Source: an uncultured Atopobium sp.
GTDB lineage: Bacteria > Actinomycetota > Coriobacteriia > Coriobacteriales > Atopobiaceae
Assembly (NCBI GenBank): GCA_937921235.1
Contig: CALFOQ010000028.1
Span: 21,849 to 85,848 of the forward strand
Direction: 5' to 3'
DNA length: 64,000 nt
Shown: piece after piece, positions 36,186-45,634 of the stretch
Layout: the number at the start of each line of letters is the position of its first letter
Position numbering within the stretch: position 1 is the stretch's first letter
The notes under the pieces: model-generated
What the model was told of the DNA's origin: nothing
The model's database searches: none
The model's input: the letters and a program-made list of their open reading frames with translations, nothing else
Program-made: the position numbers and the translations under genes

Positions 36186-37456
36186 TGGCTCATGGTATTG
36201 CGCTCATAAATCTTGGATGTAGGGTAAATCGCGTTGAACTTGATTTAATGGCGGATTCTCTGCTTCGCATGGGATGTCGCATTGTTGAAGAAGATGAAGC
36301 TCAGGCAATTGTTATCAACACCTGTGCTGTCACCGCAGAAGCAGAAGCTAAGACGAGAAAAGCTGTGCGTAAAGCAGCGCTTATGCCAGGAGCCCCTCTT
36401 GTAGTAGCAACGGGTTGTGTTGCAAGTCTTTTTGCTGATGAACTTGCCTCGCTTGCTCCTAACGTTGTGGTAGAAGCCGAGAAGGACAAAGTTGCAGATA
36501 GGGTTCTTGAAGAGCTAGGTTTTGCACCAGAATCCGTAAGCGACGACGGACTTGTCATCTCCAAGCCTACTCCAACAGGTCGTACGCGCCCTGGCATCAA
36601 AATTCAAGATGGTTGCGATAATCGTTGCACCTTCTGCATTGTGTGGAAAGCACGCGGCGCAGGTAAGTCTCTTGATCCTCGTGAAGTTGTTTCACAGGTA
36701 AAAGATGCTATGAGCAGGGGAGCTCAAGAGGTTGTTCTTACGGGAATCAACCTTGGCAGCTATAAGGCTCAACTTGAGAATGAAGGTGGAAGAATTCTAC
36801 GTCTTCCTGATCTTCTCGAGTATGTGCTTGAAAAAACCGAGGTTGGTCGCTTGAGACTATCGTCTCTTGAGCCACCAGATGTAAATGCTCGTTTGGTAGA
36901 GGTAATTGCTGCATCCAATGGAAGAATTGCGCCTTTCCTGCATATCTGCCTTCAGTCCGGATGTGACGCTACGCTTGCTCGTATGGGCAGGGTGTATAGA
37001 ACTGAGCTTTATCGCAAGGCTGTTGAGGAAGCACGTTCGGTACTGCCAACCATTGCTTTGGGAACGGATCTTATCGTTGGTTTTCCTGGAGAAACTGATA
37101 AAGAATTTGATGAGTCGTATGAGTTTTGTCGTCAGATGGGCTTTTCTAAGATGCATGTATTTAGGTATTCCAAGCGACCTGGAACGCCCGCGGCTACTGC
37201 TCCAAATCAGGTAGATCCAAAAGTGATGGCTGAGCGCGCAAAGAAAATGCGTGATCTGGGTAATGCCATGCGCTTTGATGCTGCTAAGAAGCTAGTTGGT
37301 ACCTGCGATAATGTGGTGGTACAGTATCCTGGTAGGGGAATTTCTGGCGGTCTTTTTGATGTTCAGGTTGATCCTACTATTGAGCTTGATGAGCTTATTG
37401 CTATGCGTTTTGACGAAGTTTTACCTAATGGAACGCTAAAAGCCACTCGTTTGTAA
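36185..37456 (+). CDS. mtaB: MiaB-like tRNA methylthiotransferase (MtaB family)
   Basis: UPF0004 N-domain (NLGCRVN…INTCAVT) and radical-SAM motif GCDNRCTFCIVWKARG. It lacks the MiaB/RimO-specific context and follows dnaJ as in Firmicutes. Confidence 0.8.
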   Translation: MAHGIALINLGCRVNRVELDLMADSLLRMGCRIVEEDEAQAIVINTCAVTAEAEAKTRKAVRKAALMPGAPLVVATGCVASLFADELASLAPNVVVEAEKDKVADRVLEELGFAPESVSDDGLVISKPTPTGRTRPGIKIQDGCDNRCTFCIVWKARGAGKSLDPREVVSQVKDAMSRGAQEVVLTGINLGSYKAQLENEGGRILRLPDLLEYVLEKTEVGRLRLSSLEPPDVNARLVEVIAASNGRIAPFLHICLQSGCDATLARMGRVYRTELYRKAVEEARSVLPTIALGTDLIVGFPGETDKEFDESYEFCRQMGFSKMHVFRYSKRPGTPAATAPNQVDPKVMAERAKKMRDLGNAMRFDAAKKLVGTCDNVVVQYPGRGISGGLFDVQVDPTIELDELIAMRFDEVLPNGTLKATRL

Positions 37457-37467
37457 ATTGGGGGAAC

Positions 37468-38427
37468 ATGGAGCCAACACAGATTCGCTTAACTATTCCT
37501 GATTCAGTGGATCCTTTATATCTGACAGGTCCAGCTGATAGTTTGCTCAGAGAAATTGAATCGTCATGTGCGGCTCTTATTTCAGTCAGAGGCAAAGCAA
37601 TCTTTTTGTCGGGAACTTCTCAAGAAATTGAGCAGTTAACGCTCATTTTTTCTCACCTCATTCAAATGGTCGAGTCTGGAACTAGGCCCACGCTTGAAGA
37701 CGTAAAGTTGCTGCTTGATAGTACAAAAAGAAATGCCAACTTAGAGCAAACGGGAACACGTACCCTGTTTGTAACTCATAAAGGCAAAGCAATTCAGCCT
37801 AAAACACAAGGTCAAATAGCGTATACCAAGGCAATTGCAAACAACTCTATAACCTTTGGTATTGGTCCTGCAGGTACCGGAAAAACCTATTTGGCAGTTG
37901 CCATGGCACTTGCCGCTTTGACTTCTCAGCAAATCAGCAGAATTGTGCTAGTAAGACCTGTTGTAGAAGCAGGAGAGTCTCTTGGTTTTCTTCCAGGAAC
38001 ACTTCAAGAAAAGCTGGATCCCTACATTAGGCCGCTCTATGATGCGCTCTTTGATATGACTTCCATGGAGTATACAAATAACCTAATTGAACAGGGAATT
38101 GTTGAAATTGCTCCACTTGCATTTATGCGTGGTCGTACCATGAATGACGCGTTTGTCATTTTGGATGAGGCACAAAATACCACCCCTGAGCAGATGAAAA
38201 TGTTTCTGACTCGCCTGGGTTTCTCGTCAAAGTTTGTAATTACGGGTGATGCAACACAGCGAGACCTTGTGGGCAGAAGTGGTTTGGATGTTGCTCGACA
38301 GGTGCTTGGCAACCTTGAAGACGTTGCTTTTGTTGATTTAGATAGAAATGATATTGTTCGTCACACGTTGGTTGGTAAGATAGTTGATGCATACACTGCG
38401 TATGAGAAAAAACAGCTAGGGGAGTAA
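37468..38427 (+). CDS. phoH: PhoH-like ATPase (YbeZ)
   Basis: Walker A GPAGTGKTYLAVA and …ILDEAQNTT…ITGDATQ.DL. phoH-ybeY-dgkA-era cluster. Confidence 0.92.
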   Translation: MEPTQIRLTIPDSVDPLYLTGPADSLLREIESSCAALISVRGKAIFLSGTSQEIEQLTLIFSHLIQMVESGTRPTLEDVKLLLDSTKRNANLEQTGTRTLFVTHKGKAIQPKTQGQIAYTKAIANNSITFGIGPAGTGKTYLAVAMALAALTSQQISRIVLVRPVVEAGESLGFLPGTLQEKLDPYIRPLYDALFDMTSMEYTNNLIEQGIVEIAPLAFMRGRTMNDAFVILDEAQNTTPEQMKMFLTRLGFSSKFVITGDATQRDLVGRSGLDVARQVLGNLEDVAFVDLDRNDIVRHTLVGKIVDAYTAYEKKQLGE

Positions 38428-38428
38428 C

Positions 38429-38938
38429 GTGGTTAACGAGTACGACATTGTGATCGAAGAAGGCGTCGAGTGCCCAATTTCTGTAGAAGAGATTGAAGCC
38501 GATTGCAACCTTGTACTCTCTGAAGAGGGCGTGGATCGCCCCTGCACGGTCTCCATTTCTATTGTTAGCGATGCAGAGATTCAGCAGGTAAACCTTGAGT
38601 GGCGAGAAAAAAATGTACCTACTGACGTTATTTCACTTGAGGTAGAGCGCCCTGATGATCCAGATTTGGCTCCCGGTGAGATGTGTGAGCTGGGCGATAT
38701 TATTCTGGCTCCTCATTTTATTGCTCGCCAGGCAAAAGAATATGGCACTACAGAGGCAGATGAGTTTAGGCTTATGCTTGTTCACGCCATGCTCCACCTG
38801 CTTGGATATGACCATATTGAAGATGATGAGGCAGAGGTTATGGAGGCTCGTGAAGACGCTCTTGTTGCTCTGCTTTCAACAGATAGGACTATTGAGCCAG
38901 TTGTATTGACTCGCCACCGTGAGGGGATTGACGAGTAA
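38429..38938 (+). CDS. ybeY: rRNA maturation endoribonuclease YbeY
   Basis: Zinc motif HAMLHLLGYDH. 169 aa. Confidence 0.92.
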   Translation: MVNEYDIVIEEGVECPISVEEIEADCNLVLSEEGVDRPCTVSISIVSDAEIQQVNLEWREKNVPTDVISLEVERPDDPDLAPGEMCELGDIILAPHFIARQAKEYGTTEADEFRLMLVHAMLHLLGYDHIEDDEAEVMEAREDALVALLSTDRTIEPVVLTRHREGIDE

Positions 38939-39315
38939 TGATTCCGGGATCTAAAGGCAGACATCCAAGCTTTAAGCGCGGCCTTCTCTTTGCACTACAG
39001 GGCGCTCGCCAAGCATTTGCTCAGGAAGCAAACTTGCGTCGTATGGCCGTTGCTGCTGCAGTAACCGTGGTGGCGGGATTGTTTGTTGGTTTAGACGCTG
39101 TGAGCTGGGCAATTGTTTTTGCTTGTATTGGTGCGGTTTTAACCACAGAACTTCTCAATACAGCAATAGAAACCGTGGTAGATCTGGTTTCTCCAGAGTT
39201 TCACCCCATGGCTGGTAAAGCTAAAGATATTGCGGCAGCTGCATCGTGCTGCATTAGCATTACCGCAGCTCTTATAGGACTTTTGATTTTCTCGCGTGCA
39301 ATTTTTCATTGGTAA
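38938..39315 (+). CDS. dgkA: diacylglycerol kinase family protein (DgkA / undecaprenol kinase type)
   Basis: 125-aa three-TM protein containing …ELLNTAIE.VVD…. Conserved position between ybeY and era. Confidence 0.85.
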   Translation: MIPGSKGRHPSFKRGLLFALQGARQAFAQEANLRRMAVAAAVTVVAGLFVGLDAVSWAIVFACIGAVLTTELLNTAIETVVDLVSPEFHPMAGKAKDIAAAASCCISITAALIGLLIFSRAIFHW

Positions 39316-39327
39316 GTTGGAGGATAC

Positions 39328-40266
39328 ATGACTACCAATTCAGTTTCTGAAAACACTTCATCTGAGACCACTCCCTTTAGGAGCGGTTTTGTTGCCTTAG
39401 TTGGTCGTCCTAGTGTTGGTAAGTCCACGCTGTTAAACGCATGTATGGGTCAGAAGGTGGCCATTGCAAGCCCTGTTGCCCAGACAACGCGTCGTCGTTT
39501 TAGGGCAGTGGTAAACGGTGAGAACTCCCAGCTGGTCATTGTAGATACTCCAGGCCTCCACAAGCCCAAAGACGCTCTTGGAAAAGAGCTCAATAAGGCA
39601 GCGCTCGGAGAGCTTAATGACGCTGATGTCATTGCTTTTTTGATTGATGCCACCAAGCCTGTTGGTCGTGGAGATGAATGGGTTGCCAATCATGTTGAGC
39701 AGGCGCATGCCGCCTTTAAGCTGCTAGTTATTACCAAGGCTGACATTGCAACTCCAGAGCAAGTAACAGAGCAGCTTGAGGCTGCCCAGGCTCTTGTGCA
39801 CTTTGATGACGTGCTTGTTGTTTCTGCTCCAGAAGACTTCAATATCCAGGCATTTATTTCGCTTGTTTCAGAGCATCTTCCTGAGGGTCCTATGTGGTTC
39901 CCAGAGGATATGGAGACTGACGCATTGCCAGAAGACCTGGTAGCAGAGTTTGTTCGCGAGAAGCTTTTGCTGAACCTTCGTCAGGAAGTTCCCCATTCCG
40001 TTGCCGTTGTCTGCGATTCCTATGAGGTTGCAACGGACGGTCACCTCTCTATTTCTGCCACCATTTTGGTTGAACGAGAAGGACAAAAGGGCATCGTAGT
40101 TGGCCAGGGCGGCTCTATGATTAAGCGCGTTGGTGTTGAGGCTAGAAAAGATCTAGAGAAACTGTTTGGTCGCAAGGTTTATCTTGACCTGCAGGTGCGC
40201 GTTCAGCCTCTCTGGAGACGTGATGCCAACGAGATTAAACGCCTAGGTTACTCAACTGAGGACTAA
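39328..40266 (+). CDS. era: GTPase Era
   Basis: G1 GRPSVGKSTLLN, G3 DTPG, G4 TKAD, and a C-terminal KH domain (…VEREGQKGIVVGQGGSMIKRVG…). Confidence 0.95.
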   Translation: MTTNSVSENTSSETTPFRSGFVALVGRPSVGKSTLLNACMGQKVAIASPVAQTTRRRFRAVVNGENSQLVIVDTPGLHKPKDALGKELNKAALGELNDADVIAFLIDATKPVGRGDEWVANHVEQAHAAFKLLVITKADIATPEQVTEQLEAAQALVHFDDVLVVSAPEDFNIQAFISLVSEHLPEGPMWFPEDMETDALPEDLVAEFVREKLLLNLRQEVPHSVAVVCDSYEVATDGHLSISATILVEREGQKGIVVGQGGSMIKRVGVEARKDLEKLFGRKVYLDLQVRVQPLWRRDANEIKRLGYSTED

Positions 40267-40268
40267 TT

Positions 40269-41018
40269 GTGTCTGGTAGAAAGACCTCTCGTCTTAAAGC
40301 AATTGTGCTTGATAGAACAAAACTCGCTGAGCAAGACCTTATCTTAACCATGCTCTCCGATTCAGGAGAAGAGCGTCGCGCTGTCGCAAAGGGTGCTAGA
40401 AAGTCAGGCGGCCGCTTTGCAGCCCGCGTTGAACTCTTCTGCGAGCTAGACGTACTGCTGGCAGAAGGTCGCTCGCTTGACATCTTGTCCGAGGCAACCT
40501 TGCTTGAGCCGCACGCATCACTGCGCGGAGATCTTTCTAAGGTAGCAGCTGCGTCGGCAATCTGCGAAGCTGCACGCCTTTCGTGTATCGACGGCGTCGA
40601 AGACGCGTTTCTCTATCCACTGCTCTCTCGCGCTCTCAAAGCCTGCGAAGAAGTAGATGACGAGAAACACTTAGATCTTGTTGTCGCTGCTTATGTGTTT
40701 AAGGTTTTGGCACATGAAGGCTGGCGCCCTGAGTTGGAATCGTGCATTGCCTGTGGAGATGAAGCTCTAACGTACTTCTCGCCAGCTGCTGGTGGTGCAT
40801 TGTGTGGAAGTTGTGCGCATGAGATTGAGGGAGCCATTGAGGTAACTCCGCTTGAGCTCTCGTGGTTGTCGTCGCTTCTAAAACTTACCTTTGACCAGCT
40901 TGTTATTGCTGAGATTGCTCCAAAAACTGCACTCTTTTTGCTCACAAGCGCGCATATTTGGGCAGCCACACACCTTGAAGCGCGCCTTAAAGCATTTGAA
41001 TTTCTGCTCAGTATCTAG
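40269..41018 (+). CDS. recO: DNA repair protein RecO
   Basis: 249 aa with cysteine cluster C.AC…CGSC. Conserved era-recO synteny. Confidence 0.85.
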   Translation: MSGRKTSRLKAIVLDRTKLAEQDLILTMLSDSGEERRAVAKGARKSGGRFAARVELFCELDVLLAEGRSLDILSEATLLEPHASLRGDLSKVAAASAICEAARLSCIDGVEDAFLYPLLSRALKACEEVDDEKHLDLVVAAYVFKVLAHEGWRPELESCIACGDEALTYFSPAAGGALCGSCAHEIEGAIEVTPLELSWLSSLLKLTFDQLVIAEIAPKTALFLLTSAHIWAATHLEARLKAFEFLLSI

Positions 41019-41153
41019 TTGAAGTGGATTTTTGCTAGCAAAGTTCACCAGTAACTGGTATCCTTTTGTAGGTTATTTCCTTGTTCTTAGGGGCTAGTCA
41101 CTGCCGGCTACCTTCTCAGTACAAGGAGTATTCAACGCGAAAGGCGGTTTATT

Positions 41154-41432
41154 ATGGCAGTAACTAAGGATCGTAAGGCTGAGCTCATTAAGCAGTACGG
41201 CAAGGACGAGAAGGACTCCGGTTCCGCACAGGTTCAGGTTGCTCTTCTTACTGAGCGTATTCGTCAGCTCACCGACCACATGAAGTCCCACCAGAAGGAC
41301 TTCCACACTCGTCGTGGTCTTCTGATGCTCGTTGGTAAGCGTCGTCGTCTTCTTTCTTACATCAAGTCGAACGACATTGAAGAGTACCGTACTCTTATTG
41401 CTTCCCTGGGTATCCGCGACAACATCCAGTAA
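41154..41432 (+). CDS. rpsO: 30S ribosomal protein S15
   Basis: …[48 protein letters not shown]…. Confidence 0.96.
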   Translation: MAVTKDRKAELIKQYGKDEKDSGSAQVQVALLTERIRQLTDHMKSHQKDFHTRRGLLMLVGKRRRLLSYIKSNDIEEYRTLIASLGIRDNIQ

Positions 41433-41443
41433 GTTGGCTTTTT

Positions 41444-41470
41444 AGGGCGCCGTCTGGCGCCCTTTATGTT
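41444..41470 (+). terminator. rpsO-pnp intergenic hairpin (terminator/processing site)
   Basis: AGGGCGCC / GGCGCCCT stem with loop GTCT, followed by the T-rich TTATGTTT. Confidence 0.6.
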
Positions 41471-41516
41471 TGAGGCCCGTTTGCAATGGGGCAAACGGAG
41501 ATAGAAGAGGAAAGAA

Positions 41517-43715
41517 ATGACTAAAGTAACTCACGAATTTGACCTCTATGGTAAGCACTACACCCTTGAGGCTGGTGAGCTCGCAAAGCAGGCAACAGGT
41601 GCCTGTATCGTTAAGTGCGGCGATTCCACCGTACTTCTCACTGCAGTGGTTTCCAAGGAGCGTAAAGATTACGACTTCTTCCCACTGACTGTTGATTTTA
41701 TTGAGAAAATGTACGCAGTTGGTCGCGTTCCTGGTGGATACCTCAAGCGTGAGGCTCGTCCATCCGAGAAGGCAACCCTTACTGCTCGTATGATTGACCG
41801 TCCTCTGCGCCCATCCTTCCCAGATGGCTTCCGTAATGAGGTTCAGATTGTTGCAACTTCCCTTGTTGCTGATCAGGTAAACGCTGTTGATACCATCTCT
41901 GTCATGGGCGCTTCTGCTGCTCTGGCCGTTGGTGGCGTTCCTTTTGAGGGGCCACTTGCGTGCGTCCGTATTGGTCGCAACGCTGATACCGGCGAGTTCC
42001 TGGTTAACCCAACCTATGAAGAGCGCGATCACTCTGACCTTGACCTTGAGCTTGGCGGTTCTTCCACCTTTATTTCCATGCTTGAGGCTGGTGCAGATGA
42101 GATTTCCGAAGAGGATATGCTCTCCGCTATGGCATTTGGTCAGGAGGCAATTGCAGCCTTCTGCGAGGAGCAGAAGAAGTTTATTGCTAAGTGGGAAGAG
42201 GTTAACGGCCCTATCGTCAAGCGCGAGTACATCCTTGACGAGCCAATTGCTGAGGTCCATGACCGCATCTTTGCTTACTATGACCAGATGAGCGCTGCTC
42301 TTAAGGACGCTGACAAGCAGTCTCGTATGCAGAAGGTTGCTGACCTAATGGATGAGATCAAGGCCCAGTTCACCGAGGAGGAGCAGGAGCTTTGGAGCCG
42401 CGCTATTGCCGTTGAACTCAAGGGTCTTGAGAAGCACGCTATGCGCGTCATGGTTGTTGAGACCGGCGAGCGTGTTGACGGCCGTGTGGCTAACGAGATT
42501 CGTCCAATCATGGTCAAGCCTGATTATCTTCCACTTGTTCACGGTTCTGGTCTTTTCCAGCGTGGTCAGACTCAGGTTCTCTCCATTTGTACGCTTGGTA
42601 TGCTCAACGAGTGGCAGCGTCTTGACACCATTGAGCCAATGGATGGCAAGCGCTACATTCACCACTACAACTTCCCACCATTCTGCACCGGTGAGACTGG
42701 CCGTATGGGCAGTCCAAAGCGCCGCGAGATTGGTCACGGAGCTCTTGCAGAGCGCGCACTTCTGCCTGTCATTCCTTCCGAGGAAGAGTTCCCTTACACC
42801 ATCCGCGTTGTCTCTGAGGTAATGGAGTCCAATGGTTCTTCTTCCATGGCTTCTACCTGCGGTTCTACGCTTTCACTTATGGATGCAGGCGTTCCTCTGA
42901 AGCGTCCTGTTTCTGGTGTTGCAATGGGTCTTATCCAGGAGAACGGCAAGACTGTTGTTCTTACCGATATCCAGGGTCTTGAGGACTTCCTTGGCGACAT
43001 GGACTTCAAGGTCTGCGGTACCACCAAGGGTATTACCGCAATGCAGATGGACAACAAGGCAACTGGTCTTACTCCAGAGATTCTGCGCAGCGCACTTCTC
43101 CAGGCTCAAGAGGGCCGTATGTTCATTCTGAACAAGATGCTCGAGCAGATTCCTGCACCTCGTACTGAGACCAAAGAGACCGCTCCACAGATTATCTCGC
43201 TTTCCATTCCAACCGATAAGATTCGCGACGTCATTGGCTCTGGCGGCAAGGTTATCCGTGGTATCCAGGAGGATACGGGCGCAACCGTTGACATCCAGGA
43301 GGATGGCACCGTCTTTATCGCTGGTACTAACGGTGCTGCCGAGGCTGCTGCAGAGCGCATCAAGGCTATTGTTAAGGTTCCAGAGGTAGGTGAGGAGTAC
43401 ACTGGCCGCGTTGTTGGCCTTCAGCCATTCGGCGCCTTTGTTGAGCTCCTTCCTGGCAAGGACGGTCTGCTTCATATTTCCCGCGTTGCACAGGGACGTG
43501 TCGAGAAGATCGAGGATGTCCTGGCTGTTGGCGACGAGGTTAAGGTTCAGGTCCTTGAGGTAGACGAGAAGGGCAAAATTTCTCTTGACCGTCTCGATAA
43601 GCCAGAGGCACCACAGGGTGCTCCAAAGAAGGACCGTGAGGAGCGTCGCCCACGTCGTCAGAACGACAACGGCAACTCTGAGCGCAGGCAACCACGTCGT
43701 CACCACGACGCATAA
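41517..43715 (+). CDS. pnp: polyribonucleotide nucleotidyltransferase (PNPase)
   Basis: Two RNase PH domains, a KH domain (…IGSGGKVIRGI…), an S1 domain (…GRVVGLQPFGAFVEL…) and a basic C-terminal tail. Confidence 0.96.
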   Translation: MTKVTHEFDLYGKHYTLEAGELAKQATGACIVKCGDSTVLLTAVVSKERKDYDFFPLTVDFIEKMYAVGRVPGGYLKREARPSEKATLTARMIDRPLRPSFPDGFRNEVQIVATSLVADQVNAVDTISVMGASAALAVGGVPFEGPLACVRIGRNADTGEFLVNPTYEERDHSDLDLELGGSSTFISMLEAGADEISEEDMLSAMAFGQEAIAAFCEEQKKFIAKWEEVNGPIVKREYILDEPIAEVHDRIFAYYDQMSAALKDADKQSRMQKVADLMDEIKAQFTEEEQELWSRAIAVELKGLEKHAMRVMVVETGERVDGRVANEIRPIMVKPDYLPLVHGSGLFQRGQTQVLSICTLGMLNEWQRLDTIEPMDGKRYIHHYNFPPFCTGETGRMGSPKRREIGHGALAERALLPVIPSEEEFPYTIRVVSEVMESNGSSSMASTCGSTLSLMDAGVPLKRPVSGVAMGLIQENGKTVVLTDIQGLEDFLGDMDFKVCGTTKGITAMQMDNKATGLTPEILRSALLQAQEGRMFILNKMLEQIPAPRTETKETAPQIISLSIPTDKIRDVIGSGGKVIRGIQEDTGATVDIQEDGTVFIAGTNGAAEAAAERIKAIVKVPEVGEEYTGRVVGLQPFGAFVELLPGKDGLLHISRVAQGRVEKIEDVLAVGDEVKVQVLEVDEKGKISLDRLDKPEAPQGAPKKDREERRPRRQNDNGNSERRQPRRHHDA

Positions 43716-43776
43716 GGCACGCTCAAACTCAATGGGTTTCTCGCCACGCGAGGTCTTATAAAACATGAGGTATTGA

Positions 43777-43818
43777 AGAGAGCTTCGATGCATGTCGGAG
43801 CTCTCTTGTTATTCTGTT
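43777..43818 (+). terminator. terminator after pnp
   Basis: 12-bp stem AGAGAGCTTCGA / TCGGAGCTCTCT (one G-U pair) with loop TGCATG, then the T-rich TGTTATTCTGTT. Confidence 0.6.
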
Positions 43819-43964
43819 GAGATTTTGATTCTTTGGGAATATATAGCGTAATACGTGCAGATTTTTTATATAATTAAACAACATGTAGATTTTGCAAAAA
43901 GTCTTGTAGACGGCCCTTTGGGTTGCGTCTGTTATAGAAAGTTATTTGAAAGGAAAGCGTTTTA

Positions 43965-45629
43965 ATGCCTAAGAAAGACCCAGCTCTTAAAGTCATTCCT
44001 ATGGGCGGACTTGATGGCATTGGCAAGAACATGACCGTTTTTGAATACGGTAATGATATGGTGCTTGTTGATGCTGGTCTGATGTTCCCAGATGACGAAC
44101 AGCCTGGTATTGACCTAGTTTTACCAGACTACACCTATGTACTTGAAAATGAAGATAAGCTTCGCGGTATTTTGATTACCCACGGTCACGAGGATCACAT
44201 TGGTGCTCTTCCGTACCTGCTTATGGATCTTACTCGTAAGGTGCCAATCTATTCCAGTAAGCTCTCGCTTGGCTTTATTGAAGGCAAGCTTGCTGAGCAC
44301 AAGATTGTGGGTACCAAGCTTCGTGAGGTTACTGATGGCTCAAAGGTCCAGCTTGGTGCCTTTGACATCACGTTCTTCTCGATGACTCACTCTATTCCTG
44401 CAGCTTTTGGTATTCATATGAAGACTCCTGCAGGAACGCTTATTCACTCCGGTGACTTTAAGCTTGATCAGACTCCAATTGATGGCGTCCGTCCAAACTA
44501 CGCCGCTATCACCAAATTTGGCTCCGAGGGTCTTGACCTGTTGCTGTCTGACTCAACCAACGCTAATCGCCCTGGTATGACTCCATCCGAGGCTTCTGTT
44601 GGTGCGGCGCTTCGTCACATCATCAAGAATGCAACTGGTCGCGTCTTTGTTGCGTCGTTCTCAAGCCACATTCACCGCCTGCAGCAGGTGTGCGATGCCT
44701 CTGTTGCGGTAAAGCGTAAGGTTGTTGTTACCGGTCGCTCTATGATTACCAACACAAAGGTTGCGCGTGAGCTTGGCTACCTCAACATTGCCGATAAAGA
44801 CATCATTGATGCGTACGATGTTGATAAACTCGCAGATGATCGCATTGTTGTTCTATGCACCGGTTCCCAAGGAGAGCCTCTGAGTGCTTTGGCACGCATG
44901 GCAAACGGAGAGCACAAGTCGCTTTCCATTCGTCCTCAGGACACCGTAATCATCTCTGCAACTCCTGTTCCAGGTAACGAGAAGAGCGTTCAATCCATCA
45001 TCAACGCGCTCTCTAAGATTGGTTGCGAGATTTACGACAAGTCAAAGGCACTTGTCCACGTTTCTGGTCATGGTAGCCAGGAAGAGCTCAAGCTTATGCT
45101 TGGTATGGCTCGTCCAAAGAACTTCATGCCTGTTCATGGTGAGGCTGTTCACCTGCGTGCTCACGCAGAACTTGCTCAGCAGATGGGCGTTCCTGCTAAT
45201 CGCATTTTCATTCTTGATAACGGCGACACGCTTGAGATGAGAAACGGCAAGGTTACTCGTGGTAAGACGGTTGAGTCTGGCGTAGTGTACGTTGACGGCC
45301 TCTCTGTCACCGACGCTAACCCTGTTGTCTTGCGCGATCGTCAGCGTCTTTCTCAGGACGGCATTGTTACCGCTGTGGTAACCCTTGTTGGTCGCAACCT
45401 TAAGCCAGGTGTTGTTGAGATTTCTGGCCGTGGTGTTTCATTTGCCGACGATGACGAGCTTATGAATGACGCACAGAATCTTGTGAGAAATTCAATCGAG
45501 AAAGCCTCTAAGTCCGAAGGCGCAAACATTGAGGCAATGAGAAAGAGCGTTCGTAATGCCCTTTCTAACTTCCTTTGGAGCAAAACTCGTACTCGACCAA
45601 TGGTTATTCCGGTCATTATGGAGGTATAA
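43965..45629 (+). CDS. rnj: ribonuclease J
   Basis: Beta-lactamase/beta-CASP fold with HGHEDHIG. 554 aa. Confidence 0.93.
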   Translation: MPKKDPALKVIPMGGLDGIGKNMTVFEYGNDMVLVDAGLMFPDDEQPGIDLVLPDYTYVLENEDKLRGILITHGHEDHIGALPYLLMDLTRKVPIYSSKLSLGFIEGKLAEHKIVGTKLREVTDGSKVQLGAFDITFFSMTHSIPAAFGIHMKTPAGTLIHSGDFKLDQTPIDGVRPNYAAITKFGSEGLDLLLSDSTNANRPGMTPSEASVGAALRHIIKNATGRVFVASFSSHIHRLQQVCDASVAVKRKVVVTGRSMITNTKVARELGYLNIADKDIIDAYDVDKLADDRIVVLCTGSQGEPLSALARMANGEHKSLSIRPQDTVIISATPVPGNEKSVQSIINALSKIGCEIYDKSKALVHVSGHGSQEELKLMLGMARPKNFMPVHGEAVHLRAHAELAQQMGVPANRIFILDNGDTLEMRNGKVTRGKTVESGVVYVDGLSVTDANPVVLRDRQRLSQDGIVTAVVTLVGRNLKPGVVEISGRGVSFADDDELMNDAQNLVRNSIEKASKSEGANIEAMRKSVRNALSNFLWSKTRTRPMVIPVIMEV

Positions 45630-45634
45630 GCCCA

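Noticed and set aside
41442-43793. Long antisense ORFs opposite pnp (272 aa at 41442-42260 and 306 aa at 42873-43793)
   Set aside because: They are shadow ORFs on the strand opposite a highly conserved gene, with low-complexity, Leu/Ser/Arg-rich translations and no motifs. The same applies to 55801-56517 (opposite rny), 53572-54162 (recA/recX), 16092-16787 (ABC ATPase), 10425-11420 (galT), 12371-13252 (galK) and 46946-47542 (ftsK).
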